DNA of 64,000 bases, from contig JAGWIS010000001.1 of the NCBI GenBank assembly GCA_028866135.1, positions 13,357-77,356 on the forward strand. The letters are read 5' to 3'. Position numbers and translations under genes: made by a program. The notes beneath the pieces were generated by a model. That model ran no database searches, was not told where the DNA came from, and saw only the letters and a list, made by a program, of their open reading frames with translations. Source of the stretch: Patescibacteria group bacterium (GTDB taxonomy: Bacteria; Patescibacteriota; Minisyncoccia; Phycocordibacterales; Phycocordibacteraceae). Of the stretch, positions 18,864-27,071 are shown one piece after another. The first letter of the stretch is position 1. Every line of letters starts with the position of its first letter.

Positions 18864-20570
18864 TCATTTCCTCCTCTTGCGGGAGAGGGCGGCGCGGAGG
18901 AATTCGGTGAAAAGCGGGTGCGGGGAGAGCGGGCGGGCGTTGAATTCGGGATGGAACTGCGTGCCGAGCATGAAGGGATGCCGCTCGCGTGGGAGCTCGG
19001 CTATTTCCATGAGGACGCCGTCGGGGCTCGTGCCCGAGAAGACGAGACCTCCGTCCTCGAGCTGCTTCACGTATTTCGAATTGATCTCATAGCGATGGCG
19101 GTGGCGCTCCTCGACGAGCTCTTTCTTATACGCAGCGCGGGCGAGCGTGCCTTTTTTCAGGTACGCGGGGTAGACGCCGAGGCGCATCGTGCCGCCGTAT
19201 TTATTGTCGGAAAGATGCTTCTTCTGCTCGAGCATCACGTCGACGACCGGGTGCTCAGCGGCCTTCTTGATCTCAGTCGTGTTCGCACCCGCGAGCCCGA
19301 GCACGTGGCGCGCGTATTCGATCACCATGAGCTGCATGCCGTAGCAGAGGCCGAAGTACGGGATCTTCTTCTCGCGCGCGAATCGTATCGCCTTGATCTT
19401 CCCCTCGATACCGCTTTCGCCGAACCCGCCGGGTACGATGATGCCGTCGTATTTCGCAAGCATATCAACGGACTCCCCCCTAGACCGGCCGCTACGGCCG
19501 GTCGGGCGAACATCGCTTCGCGATGTTTTAGCCTTCTCGAGGTCTTTCGAGTTCACCCAGGTGATCTTCGCGCGGCGACCGAGCTTTGCCGCTGAAAACT
19601 TAATCGCCTCGATGACCGAGAGGTACGCGTCGGAAAGCACGAAACTGCCCGTATCGAAATATTTCCCGACGATGGCGATCGAAACCTCCGGCGCCTTGGC
19701 ATTCATCGCCGCAAGCGCGAACTTCTTCCACGCGGCAAGCGACGCCCGCTTCTTCTCCGGCAGCCGGAGCGCGTCGAGCACCGCGTCGCCGAGCTTGTCC
19801 TTCTCGAAATTGAGCGGGGCTTCGTAGATGCTCGTGATGTCGGGAGCGGCGATGATGCGGTCCTTGCGTACATTGCACCAGATCGCGAGCTTCTCCTTGC
19901 GCTTCTCGTCGACCGGCTCTTTCGACCGCGCAACGATAAAGTCCGGCTGCACGCCGTAGGAATTCAAATCGCGTACGGCCATCTGAGTCGGTTTCGTCTT
20001 CATCTCGCCGAGGGTCCCGGGCGTCGGCAAGTACGAGACCATGACGAAAAGCACGTCCTCCGGATGCTGCATCTTCAAGACACGCGCCGCCTCGATGAAA
20101 AGCGCATTCTGAAAATCGCCGATGGTGCCGCCAATTTCGATGACGGAGATGCGGCTGCCGTTATAGGAGGACGCGGCTTCGATGCGTGCGAGGATCTCGT
20201 CGCGCACGTGCGGGACGGCCTCAACGCACTTGCCGCCGTAGCCGAGCGCGCGTTCGCGCTCGATGACCGACTGATAGACCATGCCGCTCGTCATGTAATC
20301 CTCGTTTGTGAGATCCCGACCGAGGAACCGCTCGTAATTCCCCATGTCCTGGTCGGTCTCGAGTCCGCTCCGAAGCACGAACACCTCGCCGTGCTCGGTC
20401 GGATTCATCGTCCCCGCATCGACGTTCAGATAGGGATCAATCTTCACCAGATTCACCGGATACCCTTTTTGCTGGAGAAGGAGGCCGAGCGAGCTCGCGA
20501 CGACGCCCTTGCCGACGCCGCTCATGACCCCGCCGAGAACGAATATGTATTTGTGTCCCTCTTTCGCCAT
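18864..20570 (-). CDS. pyrG: CTP synthase (with an in-frame palindromic insertion)
   Basis: GGVMSGVGKG, KIDPYLNVDAGTMNP, KTKPTQ, PGGFG, GLCYGMQ, ERHRHRYE, QFHPEF. Confidence 0.98.
   Translation of the reverse strand: MAKEGHKYIFVLGGVMSGVGKGVVASSLGLLLQQKGYPVNLVKIDPYLNVDAGTMNPTEHGEVFVLRSGLETDQDMGNYERFLGRDLTNEDYMTSGMVYQSVIERERALGYGGKCVEAVPHVRDEILARIEAASSYNGSRISVIEIGGTIGDFQNALFIEAARVLKMQHPEDVLFVMVSYLPTPGTLGEMKTKPTQMAVRDLNSYGVQPDFIVARSKEPVDEKRKEKLAIWCNVRKDRIIAAPDITSIYEAPLNFEKDKLGDAVLDALRLPEKKRASLAAWKKFALAAMNAKAPEVSIAIVGKYFDTGSFVLSDAYLSVIEAIKFSAAKLGRRAKITWVNSKDLEKAKTSRSDVRPTGRSGRSRGESVDMLAKYDGIIVPGGFGESGIEGKIKAIRFAREKKIPYFGLCYGMQLMVIEYARHVLGLAGANTTEIKKAAEHPVVDVMLEQKKHLSDNKYGGTMRLGVYPAYLKKGTLARAAYKKELVEERHRHRYEINSKYVKQLEDGGLVFSGTSPDGVLMEIAELPRERHPFMLGTQFHPEFNARPLSPHPLFTEFLRAALSRKRRK
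19474..19527. repeat. Double-hairpin insertion inside pyrG
   Basis: GACCGGCCG-CTA-CGGCCGGTC (19483-19503) and AACATCGC-TTC-GCGATGTT (19509-19527). Confidence 0.7.
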
Positions 20571-20571
20571 A

Positions 20572-20696
20572 TCCTGTAGTGAAAAATGGCATCGCTAACG
20601 CGACGCGCATCCATTATTTTTAATAAACGCTCCGACGGCAAGTACGTCGCTTTGAGAAGGCGCTTTGGTATTCCAATGCCATTTTCTACTACGGGA
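20572..20696. mobile_element. MITE/REP-like element with CCCGTAG-type termini between ftsX and pyrG
   Basis: 23-bp terminal inverted repeat, 19/23 match (20572-20594 vs 20674-20696). Confidence 0.6.
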
Positions 20697-20701
20697 CATA
20701 C

Positions 20702-21628
20702 CTAGATCTTCAGATATTTGCGGATAGCGAGCACCGAGGCGACCGCGCCGAGCACGATGCCCGAAAGCGTGAGTATGGAAAAGACGAGCGCGAAGTGGTC
20801 GGCATAGTAGCTTGCGATGCTGAATCCGCCGAACCACCCCTCCGTCTTCGTCCCCGCATACCAAGCCGCGGGCCACAGGAGAATGAGGACCGCGGCGGCC
20901 GCGATGACGCCCGTGATGACGCCGGTCACCACGAAGGGCCCCTGGATGTAGATGTTGCTCGCGCCCACGAGCCGCATAACCGAGATCTCCTCCTTGGCGG
21001 TGTAGATGGCGAGGCGGACGGTCGCGAACGCGATGAGGATCGAGGCGATGGCGAAAAGCGCGATGACCGCGAAGCCAATGGAGCGCGTCGCTTGTATCGC
21101 GAGCGCGAGGCGGTCGATGATCTCCTTGTTCTGCGCGTAGTTGACGCGATCGACGATGGACGTGCCGTCTGAGGAAAGCGCCGGAGACGCTTCGAGGAAG
21201 CTCACGATGCTCTCGTACTGGGTCGGGTCTTTCGCCTGCACCTCAAGCGACGCGTCGAGCGGATTGCCGCCGAGCTCGTTCAGCGCCTGGAGCGTGAGCT
21301 GGTCGTTTGCGTGCCGCGCGCGGAAGGCCGTGAGCGCGTCGGCAGCCGAGGTGTAGGAAACGGTTGCCACCTGCGGCAGCTTCTCGAGCTGATCCTTCAC
21401 CGCGAGGATGTCGGATTCGCTCGCGCTTGTGACGAAGTACACGGACACGTCGACTTTCTGCGTGATCGTCGTGAGCGTGTAGGACAGGAGCGCCGAGAGG
21501 AAAATAAGGGAGGCGATGATCCCGAGCGTGACGGTCATGATGAGCACGGTCGCCGCGGAGACCGCGCCGCCGCGGGCGAAATTCTTTCCGCCGGCGACGA
21601 GCATGCGCTTCGTGACCATCCAGTTCAT
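20702..21628 (-). CDS. ftsX: Cell division permease FtsX
   Basis: Follows ftsE; VSVYF, LGGNPLDASLEV, TVRLAIY..KEEISVMRLVGAS. Confidence 0.92.
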   Translation of the reverse strand: MNWMVTKRMLVAGGKNFARGGAVSAATVLIMTVTLGIIASLIFLSALLSYTLTTITQKVDVSVYFVTSASESDILAVKDQLEKLPQVATVSYTSAADALTAFRARHANDQLTLQALNELGGNPLDASLEVQAKDPTQYESIVSFLEASPALSSDGTSIVDRVNYAQNKEIIDRLALAIQATRSIGFAVIALFAIASILIAFATVRLAIYTAKEEISVMRLVGASNIYIQGPFVVTGVITGVIAAAAVLILLWPAAWYAGTKTEGWFGGFSIASYYADHFALVFSILTLSGIVLGAVASVLAIRKYLKI

Positions 21629-21665
21629 AATGGGTTCAGTATACCAGCCGCGCTCCGGAGCGTTC

Positions 21666-22343
21666 TCATAGCGAGTACTTCCCTCCCGCGTCATCCCGGA
21701 CCACCTTTCCGCGGTCGACGGTGATCACGCGCTTGCCGATGGCGTCGACGACGCCCTTGTTGTGCGTCGTGATGATGATGGTCGTGCCGAGCTCGTTGAT
21801 TTTTTTCAAGATTTCGACGACTTCGTACGTATTGATAGGGTCGAGATTCCCCGTCGGCTCGTCGGCGACGATGAGATCCGGCTGATTGATGATCGCGCGG
21901 CCGATGGCAATGCGCTGTTTCTCGCCGCCCGAGAGCTGGTCAGGAAAATGGGCCGCTTTGTCGGAAAGGTTTACGAGCTCGAGGATGTAGGGCACGTCGG
22001 TCGCAATCTCTTCGTCGGAGCGGCCCGCCGCTTCCATCGCGAACGCGATGTTTTCATACGCGGTTTTGTTTGGAATGAGCCGGAAATCCTGGAACACCAT
22101 ACCGATCTTGCGGCGGTAGTGGTGGAGCGCGGAGCTCGGCAGATCGTTCACGTCGATCGATTCGAAAAAGACGTTCCCGTCGGTCGGCCGTTCTTCGGCA
22201 AGGAGGAGTTTGAGGAGCGTCGTCTTTCCGGCGCCCGAGTGGCCGACGATGGAGACGAATTCTTTGGGGGCGACGGAGATGGTGACCCCTTCGAGCGCCG
22301 CCGTATCCCCGTATCGTTTCGTCACCTTGTCGAAATAAATCAT
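21666..22343 (-). CDS. ftsE: Cell division ATPase FtsE
   Basis: [41 protein letters not shown]. Confidence 0.95.
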   Translation of the reverse strand: MIYFDKVTKRYGDTAALEGVTISVAPKEFVSIVGHSGAGKTTLLKLLLAEERPTDGNVFFESIDVNDLPSSALHHYRRKIGMVFQDFRLIPNKTAYENIAFAMEAAGRSDEEIATDVPYILELVNLSDKAAHFPDQLSGGEKQRIAIGRAIINQPDLIVADEPTGNLDPINTYEVVEILKKINELGTTIIITTHNKGVVDAIGKRVITVDRGKVVRDDAGGKYSL

Positions 22344-22353
22344 GCGTCGGTTT

Positions 22354-23265
22354 CTATTTTATCCTACCTTCAGCGGCTTGCCCAGCACCAACATTCTGAT
22401 TTTGGTGCTGGGCGTCTATGAACTCGTCGAGGTCGCCTTCAAGGACGCGGTCGGGATTTGAGGATTCATGGCCCGTGCGGTGATCTTTGACCATTTTGTA
22501 CGGGTGGAGGACGTAGGAGCGGATCTGGCTCCCCCACTCGTTTGCGGTCGTGGCGGCGATGGAGCGGCCTTTCGCTGCGGCCTCGCGCTCAGCTTCTTCT
22601 TTAGCGAAAATCTTTGCCTTGAGGAGCTCAAGCGCCTTCTCGCGATTGGCGAGCTGGCTGCGCTCGCTTGAGATATGCACGGAAAGATTCGTCGGTTTGT
22701 GGAGGATGCGCACGGCCGTCTCGCGCTTGTTGACGTTTTGCCCGCCCGCGCCTCCGGCGCGGGCGAATTGTATCTCAAGATCCTCCGGCTTGAGCTCGAC
22801 CTTGTCGGCCGCGACCAGGACCGGGAGCACCTCGACGAGCGCGAAGCTCGTCTGCCGCTTCGCATTCGCATTAAAGGGCGATTGGCGCACAAGCCGGTGC
22901 ACCCCGGCTTCGTGCTTGAGGCGCCCGTAGGCACCCGCGCCGATTATTTCAAGCATGAGATTTCGGTAGCCGCCATGATCGTTCTCATTCGCGTGGAGCT
23001 CGCGCACGCCCCAGCCTTTTACGGCGGCATAGCCCTCATACATGCGCCGGAGCATGCGTGCAAAATCTTCCGCGTCGTCCCCGCCCGCGCCCGCGAGAAT
23101 CGCAAGAGTCGCGTTCCCTCTATCGTGCGGATCGCCCCCGCCGCCATCCTTGAGCGCCTGGTATTCCGCAACGAGTTGCTGCGCCTGACCTTTGTCGAGC
23201 CAGAAATCAGGCGATGCCATCATCGCCTCAAGTTCTTCCAAACGTTTCTTCCCTTTCTCGTCCAT
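22354..23265 (-). CDS. prfB: Peptide chain release factor 2, short N-terminal domain
   Basis: [11 protein letters not shown] (SPF), [31 protein letters not shown]; prfB-ftsE-ftsX synteny. Confidence 0.95.
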   Translation of the reverse strand: MDEKGKKRLEELEAMMASPDFWLDKGQAQQLVAEYQALKDGGGGDPHDRGNATLAILAGAGGDDAEDFARMLRRMYEGYAAVKGWGVRELHANENDHGGYRNLMLEIIGAGAYGRLKHEAGVHRLVRQSPFNANAKRQTSFALVEVLPVLVAADKVELKPEDLEIQFARAGGAGGQNVNKRETAVRILHKPTNLSVHISSERSQLANREKALELLKAKIFAKEEAEREAAAKGRSIAATTANEWGSQIRSYVLHPYKMVKDHRTGHESSNPDRVLEGDLDEFIDAQHQNQNVGAGQAAEGRIK

Positions 23266-23316
23266 ACGGGCGAGTATAGCAAAGCGCGCGGCCCTCTCGG
23301 ATCGCGCGCTACTTTG

Positions 23317-23389
23317 AGCCGCCCCGGAGGATCGAACTCCGGACCTTCGCGTTACGAATGCGATGCTCTACCAACTGAGCTAGGGCGGC
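23317..23389 (-). tRNA. tRNA-Thr(CGT)
   Basis: GCCGCCC/GGGCGGC acceptor, TT-CGT-AA loop, GTTCGATC; downstream hairpin near 23283-23310. Confidence 0.93.
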
Positions 23390-23436
23390 AGACCGTGGAA
23401 ATATAGCACAATTTTATTTTTTACGGATTGAGCCGT

Positions 23437-23874
23437 TCATTGCAGCTTTCGAGCTGTGGTTACCCTCTTGCTCACCGCCCTGCCCTTTCTTCCCCTACCT
23501 CTATTGAGTCCTGCATACGTCGGCCCGAGCGCATCGCAATTCGGACAAACAAGACGAAGATTTTCTTCGCGGTTATTCTGCCAATTGCCGTCGATGTGAT
23601 CCGCCACGAGCGGCACCTTGCCGGTTTTCGGGTTCACCTTTGACCATCCGCACAAGCAGCATTTGTTGTCATATTTTTCACGCAAATATCTCTTTACGGA
23701 ATCCGCCACCAAACCGATCGAATTAAGTCCTTTTATGTCTCCCCGTTTCCAGCGCTCGATATAGATCCGGTATTGAAATTCATGCTGGCACGCATTGCTA
23801 CAGTATTTATAAAATGAGCGTGCAGGCTCTTTGCCACACACGGGACAGGGCACGCGCGGTTTCTTCGGATTCAT
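23437..23874 (-). CDS. Free-standing HNH endonuclease with N-terminal zinc finger
   Basis: CPVCGK...YCSNAC, CCLCGW, DHIDGNWQNNREENLRLVCPNC. Confidence 0.88.
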   Translation of the reverse strand: MNPKKPRVPCPVCGKEPARSFYKYCSNACQHEFQYRIYIERWKRGDIKGLNSIGLVADSVKRYLREKYDNKCCLCGWSKVNPKTGKVPLVADHIDGNWQNNREENLRLVCPNCDALGPTYAGLNRGRGRKGRAVSKRVTTARKLQ

Positions 23875-23963
23875 GCGCCTATCGTAACGCAAATGTAGAC
23901 CAATCAAAAATCCTGTCTTGGTCGTTTTGTTGAAAAACTCTGGAGCCGAGAGTCGGGATTGAA

Positions 23964-24003
23964 TCCCAGTAGGAAACCATCGGAATGGTGCCTACGGGAC
24001 AGG
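23964..24003. mobile_element. 40-bp hairpin element inserted at the T-loop of the outer tRNA
   Basis: TCCCAGTAGG-AAACCAT-CGGA-ATGGT-G-CCTACGGGACAGG; same terminus type as 20572-20696. Confidence 0.65.
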
Positions 24004-24018
24004 CCGACGAACCTTTTG

Positions 24019-24090
24019 AGCCGGAGGTGGGAATCGGACCCACGATCTTCGCCTTACCATGGCGACGTTCTACCACTGAACTACTCCGGC
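24019..24090 (-). tRNA. tRNA-Thr(GGT), nested inside the fragmented tRNA
   Basis: GCCGGAG/CTCCGGC acceptor, TCGCC-ATGGTAA-GGCGA, T-arm GTGGG-TCCGATT-CCCAC (C at position 55). Confidence 0.9.
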
Positions 24091-24103
24091 CATGGACGTA
24101 CTC

Positions 24104-24264
24104 TACTGCCAAGCGAGCCGAATCAAAAAGGAATGCAGTTCCATTTTGTGAGGCAAGCGACGGCAGAAAGCTTTGCTTACTGCCAAGCGAGCCGAGCGAC
24201 ATGCGGATGTCCTCATACGCATGTCCGAGGCAAGCGCGGGCAGGAAGCGTGCAAGAAACGCTTA
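24104..24264. mobile_element. Two tandem TA-flanked hairpin elements (74 and 85 bp) in the D-loop of the outer tRNA
   Basis: TACTGCCAAGCGAGCCGA at 24104 and 24178; GAGGCAAGCG twice; each ends AAGC..GCT before TA; different central hairpins. Confidence 0.7.
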
Positions 24265-24352
24265 CCAACTGAGCTATCTCGGCTTCGCGCACCTGTGCAT
24301 ACTAACGGAGTTCTTTCATTCTTTCAATTTCCGTGATGTTTCCGGATGCCCT

Positions 24353-24682
24353 TCAGTACAGCAGGATGCCTACAACGATGACGATGTCGAAGAGTGCGAT
24401 GAATGCGTTCGCGAAGAAAAGCTGCTTGTCTTTGTGCACGGCGCCGTAAAACGCCCAGAGCATGTTGAAAACTGTAAGAAGAGTCCAGGTGAGGAGCGAA
24501 ACGCCCGCTCCGCTTTTCGTGCCGTAGATCTGGAGTATCTGTGGCACAAGCGCGACGGGCGCAAGGATGCCGACGCCGTACATGAGGTAATCGAGAAAAC
24601 GCTTCCACGCGCCCTCAGCAGGAAACGGTTCGAGGCCTTGCGTCATGAGCGCGCGCTTTCGCAGGTGATGGAAGCCGTGCAT
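24353..24682 (-). CDS. PQ-loop / SemiSWEET-like membrane protein
   Basis: VPQILQIY.TKSGAGVSLLTW, WAFYG, AN; three TM helices. Confidence 0.8.
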   Translation of the reverse strand: MHGFHHLRKRALMTQGLEPFPAEGAWKRFLDYLMYGVGILAPVALVPQILQIYGTKSGAGVSLLTWTLLTVFNMLWAFYGAVHKDKQLFFANAFIALFDIVIVVGILLY

Positions 24683-24728
24683 AGCGCGTATGATAGCCCG
24701 CGCACGCGCGCTATACTAGGCGCATCGT

Positions 24729-25085
24729 ATGGAAAACCTCGCGCACTACGCGAAAGAAGAGCGTCCGTGGGGCAACTTCGAGCGCTTCACGCTGAACGAA
24801 AAGACGACGGTGAAGATCATCGCCGTGAATGCCGGCGAGAGCATCAGCCTGCAGACGCACGAACATCGCGACGAATTCTGGCGCGTCATCAAAGGCTCGG
24901 GCACGATTCGCATCGCCGACAAAGAACATTCGGCGCGCGAAGGAGATCAGTTCTTCAGCCCGCGTCACGCGGAGCACCGCATCACGGGCGGACCCGAAGG
25001 GCTCGTCTGCCTTGAAATAGCCTTCGGCGACTTCGACGAAGGCGACATCAAGCGCCTCGAAGACCGCTACGGCCGCGCGTCATGA
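24729..25085 (+). CDS. Cupin, mannose-6-phosphate isomerase type II C-terminal-like
   Basis: ERPWG, SLQTHEHRDEFW, HRI, EGDIKRLEDRYGR. Confidence 0.9.
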   Translation: MENLAHYAKEERPWGNFERFTLNEKTTVKIIAVNAGESISLQTHEHRDEFWRVIKGSGTIRIADKEHSAREGDQFFSPRHAEHRITGGPEGLVCLEIAFGDFDEGDIKRLEDRYGRAS

Positions 25086-25843
25086 GCGAGGACGACGGGA
25101 ACGACGAGAGCCTTTCCCGCTCCCTCAACGATCCCGCGCTCCGCGCCGCCTACGCGAAGCCCTTCGACGGGCACCGCTGCGTGTTCATCGCCCGGCTTCT
25201 CGGATCGCTTCTCATCCATTCAGGGACGTTCGTTTACGGCCGCAAGCCTTCGTACGCGAAACTGAAAGCGATCGAAGTCATCGCCCGCATCCCCTACCAG
25301 TCGTGGGAGGTCGCGGCGTATACCATCCTCACCGCCCTGTACTCGGACGAACGCCGGGCGATCGAGCTCGCCAAGCTGAATGCCTTCAGTCGCGTGGCGC
25401 AGGACAACGAGACGATGCACGTCGTGGTCATCTCGCAGATCGTAGAGCGCCTCGGCTGCCAGGGATTCTTCCGCCACACGTTCATTCCGTTTCTCTTCTC
25501 GTTCTTCTATTTCTGGATGCTCTACTTTCTCTTTATCCTCTCTCCGCGTTCCGCGCTCGATCTCAACTACCTCTTCGAATCGCACGCATGCGCGCAATAC
25601 CAGGAATTTCTCGATACGGAAGGCGACCGCCTGCGGAAGACCCCGATCGCGTCGGCATTCCTCTCCTTCTACGGGAGGAACGTCAGGAACGAATACGAAT
25701 TATTCGAACTCATCCGGAACGACGAACTCATCCACCGGAACCGATCGGTGAGCGTGCTGAAATCGACTCGGAAACAAGAACGAACGGGGCGAGATGGAGT
25801 TCCTGGCGCTCAATTCCCCTCCGGGGTCGAGGAAGCCGCTTGA
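25082..25843 (+). CDS. Alternative oxidase / PTOX-like di-iron carboxylate membrane protein
   Basis: IEVIARIPY, QDNETMH, FESHA, IRNDELIH give the E/ExxH/E/ExxH ligand set. Confidence 0.75.
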   Translation: MSEDDGNDESLSRSLNDPALRAAYAKPFDGHRCVFIARLLGSLLIHSGTFVYGRKPSYAKLKAIEVIARIPYQSWEVAAYTILTALYSDERRAIELAKLNAFSRVAQDNETMHVVVISQIVERLGCQGFFRHTFIPFLFSFFYFWMLYFLFILSPRSALDLNYLFESHACAQYQEFLDTEGDRLRKTPIASAFLSFYGRNVRNEYELFELIRNDELIHRNRSVSVLKSTRKQERTGRDGVPGAQFPSGVEEAA

Positions 25844-26469
25844 TCGCCGGAACTTGATTCGTGCATGGACGCGGAAGAGCTCGCTGAAGTCTCCGTGCTA
25901 CCCGCGCCGCCGCCCTCGCATTCCACTTCCATCTCGTTATCCATCTCCGAGCGCGTGCGTGGGCCCACAATGCCAAATCCGGTCGTTTCCGGAGTACCCG
26001 TAGACACGACGTTGTGAGCCGCTTGCCAACGCCGAACGGCTTCCTCGGTCATGGAGCCGAAATACCCCGTAACGGCCCCTTCGGGATAAATATTTCTGTC
26101 CTTCCCGAGGAAGGCTTGCAGCCGCGATACGTCGTCGCCCGTGGAGCCAGCCTGGAGATTCCCGGCCGAGAGTACGGGACATCCGCTGCCGTTCGCGGAT
26201 TGCGCCGATTCTCCAACAGAACTCGACAATCCGCTCGAGACTTGCGTCGAGGTCGCCGAAGCCGTGGTGCCCTCGAGCGCGACCTGCACGTTCGCAATCG
26301 TCGCCGGATCGGCGCCAAAAGCTTGTAAGAGATTGGTGACCGCGTCTATCTGAGCGGCAGTGAGGGAAGCCGCCATGACAGGCGGCGCCGCAGCAAAAAG
26401 GGACGCGGCGAGGGCGGCGCCGATTGTTACGGAAACAAAACGAGAATTTGCGTATGTATTCATATCCAT
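25810..26469 (-). CDS. Secreted protein with peptidoglycan-binding domain
   Basis: Signal peptide; LQAGSTGDDVSRLQAFL...TGYFGSMTEEAVRRWQ...VGPRTR. Confidence 0.85.
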   Translation of the reverse strand: MDMNTYANSRFVSVTIGAALAASLFAAAPPVMAASLTAAQIDAVTNLLQAFGADPATIANVQVALEGTTASATSTQVSSGLSSSVGESAQSANGSGCPVLSAGNLQAGSTGDDVSRLQAFLGKDRNIYPEGAVTGYFGSMTEEAVRRWQAAHNVVSTGTPETTGFGIVGPRTRSEMDNEMEVECEGGGAGSTETSASSSASMHESSSGDQAASSTPEGN

Positions 26470-26611
26470 AAAACGCCGGGGGAGTGGGTATTAGATAGTA
26501 ACTCGCGTACAGGGCAATGCTAGCACGAGCCAGAACCACAGAATTCACCGTGAGGAGGCTGTGTGGATAAAACGGAAAGACGATTCGTCTTTTTCATTAT
26601 GATGCACGTGG

Positions 26612-26802
26612 TGCGCGAGAGACGGGACTCTTTCCCTCGACTCTCGCTTCGCCGCCGCTCAGCTCGGTCTGGGCACAGCCTCGCGGCGATCACTGCCGTC
26701 CGCACATCGCTCCGGCATTCAACTCGCAAAGCTTCGCTTCGCGCTCTCGCGCAAAACACAAAGCCCCTTGCGGGGCATGTGTTTTGCGCGAGAGACGGGA
26801 CT
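26612..26802. mobile_element. 173-bp non-coding element bounded by an 18-bp direct repeat of the tRNA-Asp 3' end
   Basis: TGCGCGAGAGACGGGACT at 26612-26629 and 26785-26802; inverted copy CTCTCGCGCAAAACACA at 26744-26760. Confidence 0.65.
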
Positions 26803-27071
26803 TGAACCCGCAACCTCCGCCGTGCACGTTTCCACTGCTTTCGAAGTGGCGTGGACTATATCTTCACCATGGGTATTCCGTTAGGTGTTCCGGTATCTAG
26901 TCTCTACGGCGCCCCGCCACACTTTTGCGGTGTGGCGGGTTCCCTCGGTATTCGCATATTCGCCTACGGCGAACGTAGCCTCCACCGATATCCCAGAAAG
27001 TTTCAATCCCGATTTCTCGAGAAAGCTGCACGTCTACAGGGCGGCGCTCTAACCAGTTGAGCTACTCCCGC
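26787..27071 (-). tRNA. tRNA-Asp(GTC) interrupted by a group I intron; exons 27071-27036 and 26824-26787
   Basis: Spliced sequence GCGGGAGTAGCTCAACTGGTTAGAGCGCCGCCCTGT|CACGGCGGAGGTTGCGGGTTCAAGTCCCGTCTCTCGCG forms a canonical cloverleaf. Confidence 0.93.
26825..27035 (-). ncRNA. Group I intron (211 nt) at anticodon position 35/36
   Basis: Exon ends in U, intron ends in G; R element GTAGAGACTA (26907-26898), S element GAAGATATAGTCC (26865-26853); P1 CUGU/GCAG with U.G wobble; P10 CGTG/CACG. Confidence 0.92.

Larger units (their letters stand above)
23941..24283 (-). pseudogene. Fragmented outer tRNA-Thr enclosing two D-loop insertions, a nested tRNA and a T-loop insertion
   Basis: Pieces in order: GCCGAGATAGCTCAGTTGGTA (24283-24263), GAGTACGTCCATG (24103-24091), GTCGG (24008-24004), TTCAATCCCGACTCTCGGCTCCA (23963-23941); acceptor and T stems pair perfectly. 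Confidence 0.8.

Noticed and set aside
22354-23265. UGA recoding (code 25) or an RF2 programmed frameshift
   Set aside because: Many genes end in TGA at expected lengths, RF2 with SPF is present, and there is no slippery site.
23941-23963. Simple attR duplication of the inner tRNA-Thr
   Set aside because: The sequence differs from the inner tRNA end and instead pairs with the 5' fragment at 24283-24277.
24104-24264. Repeat-spacer-repeat pattern resembling a mini CRISPR array
   Set aside because: Only two units, the spacers are hairpins, units are TA-flanked inside a tRNA D-loop, and no cas genes are nearby.
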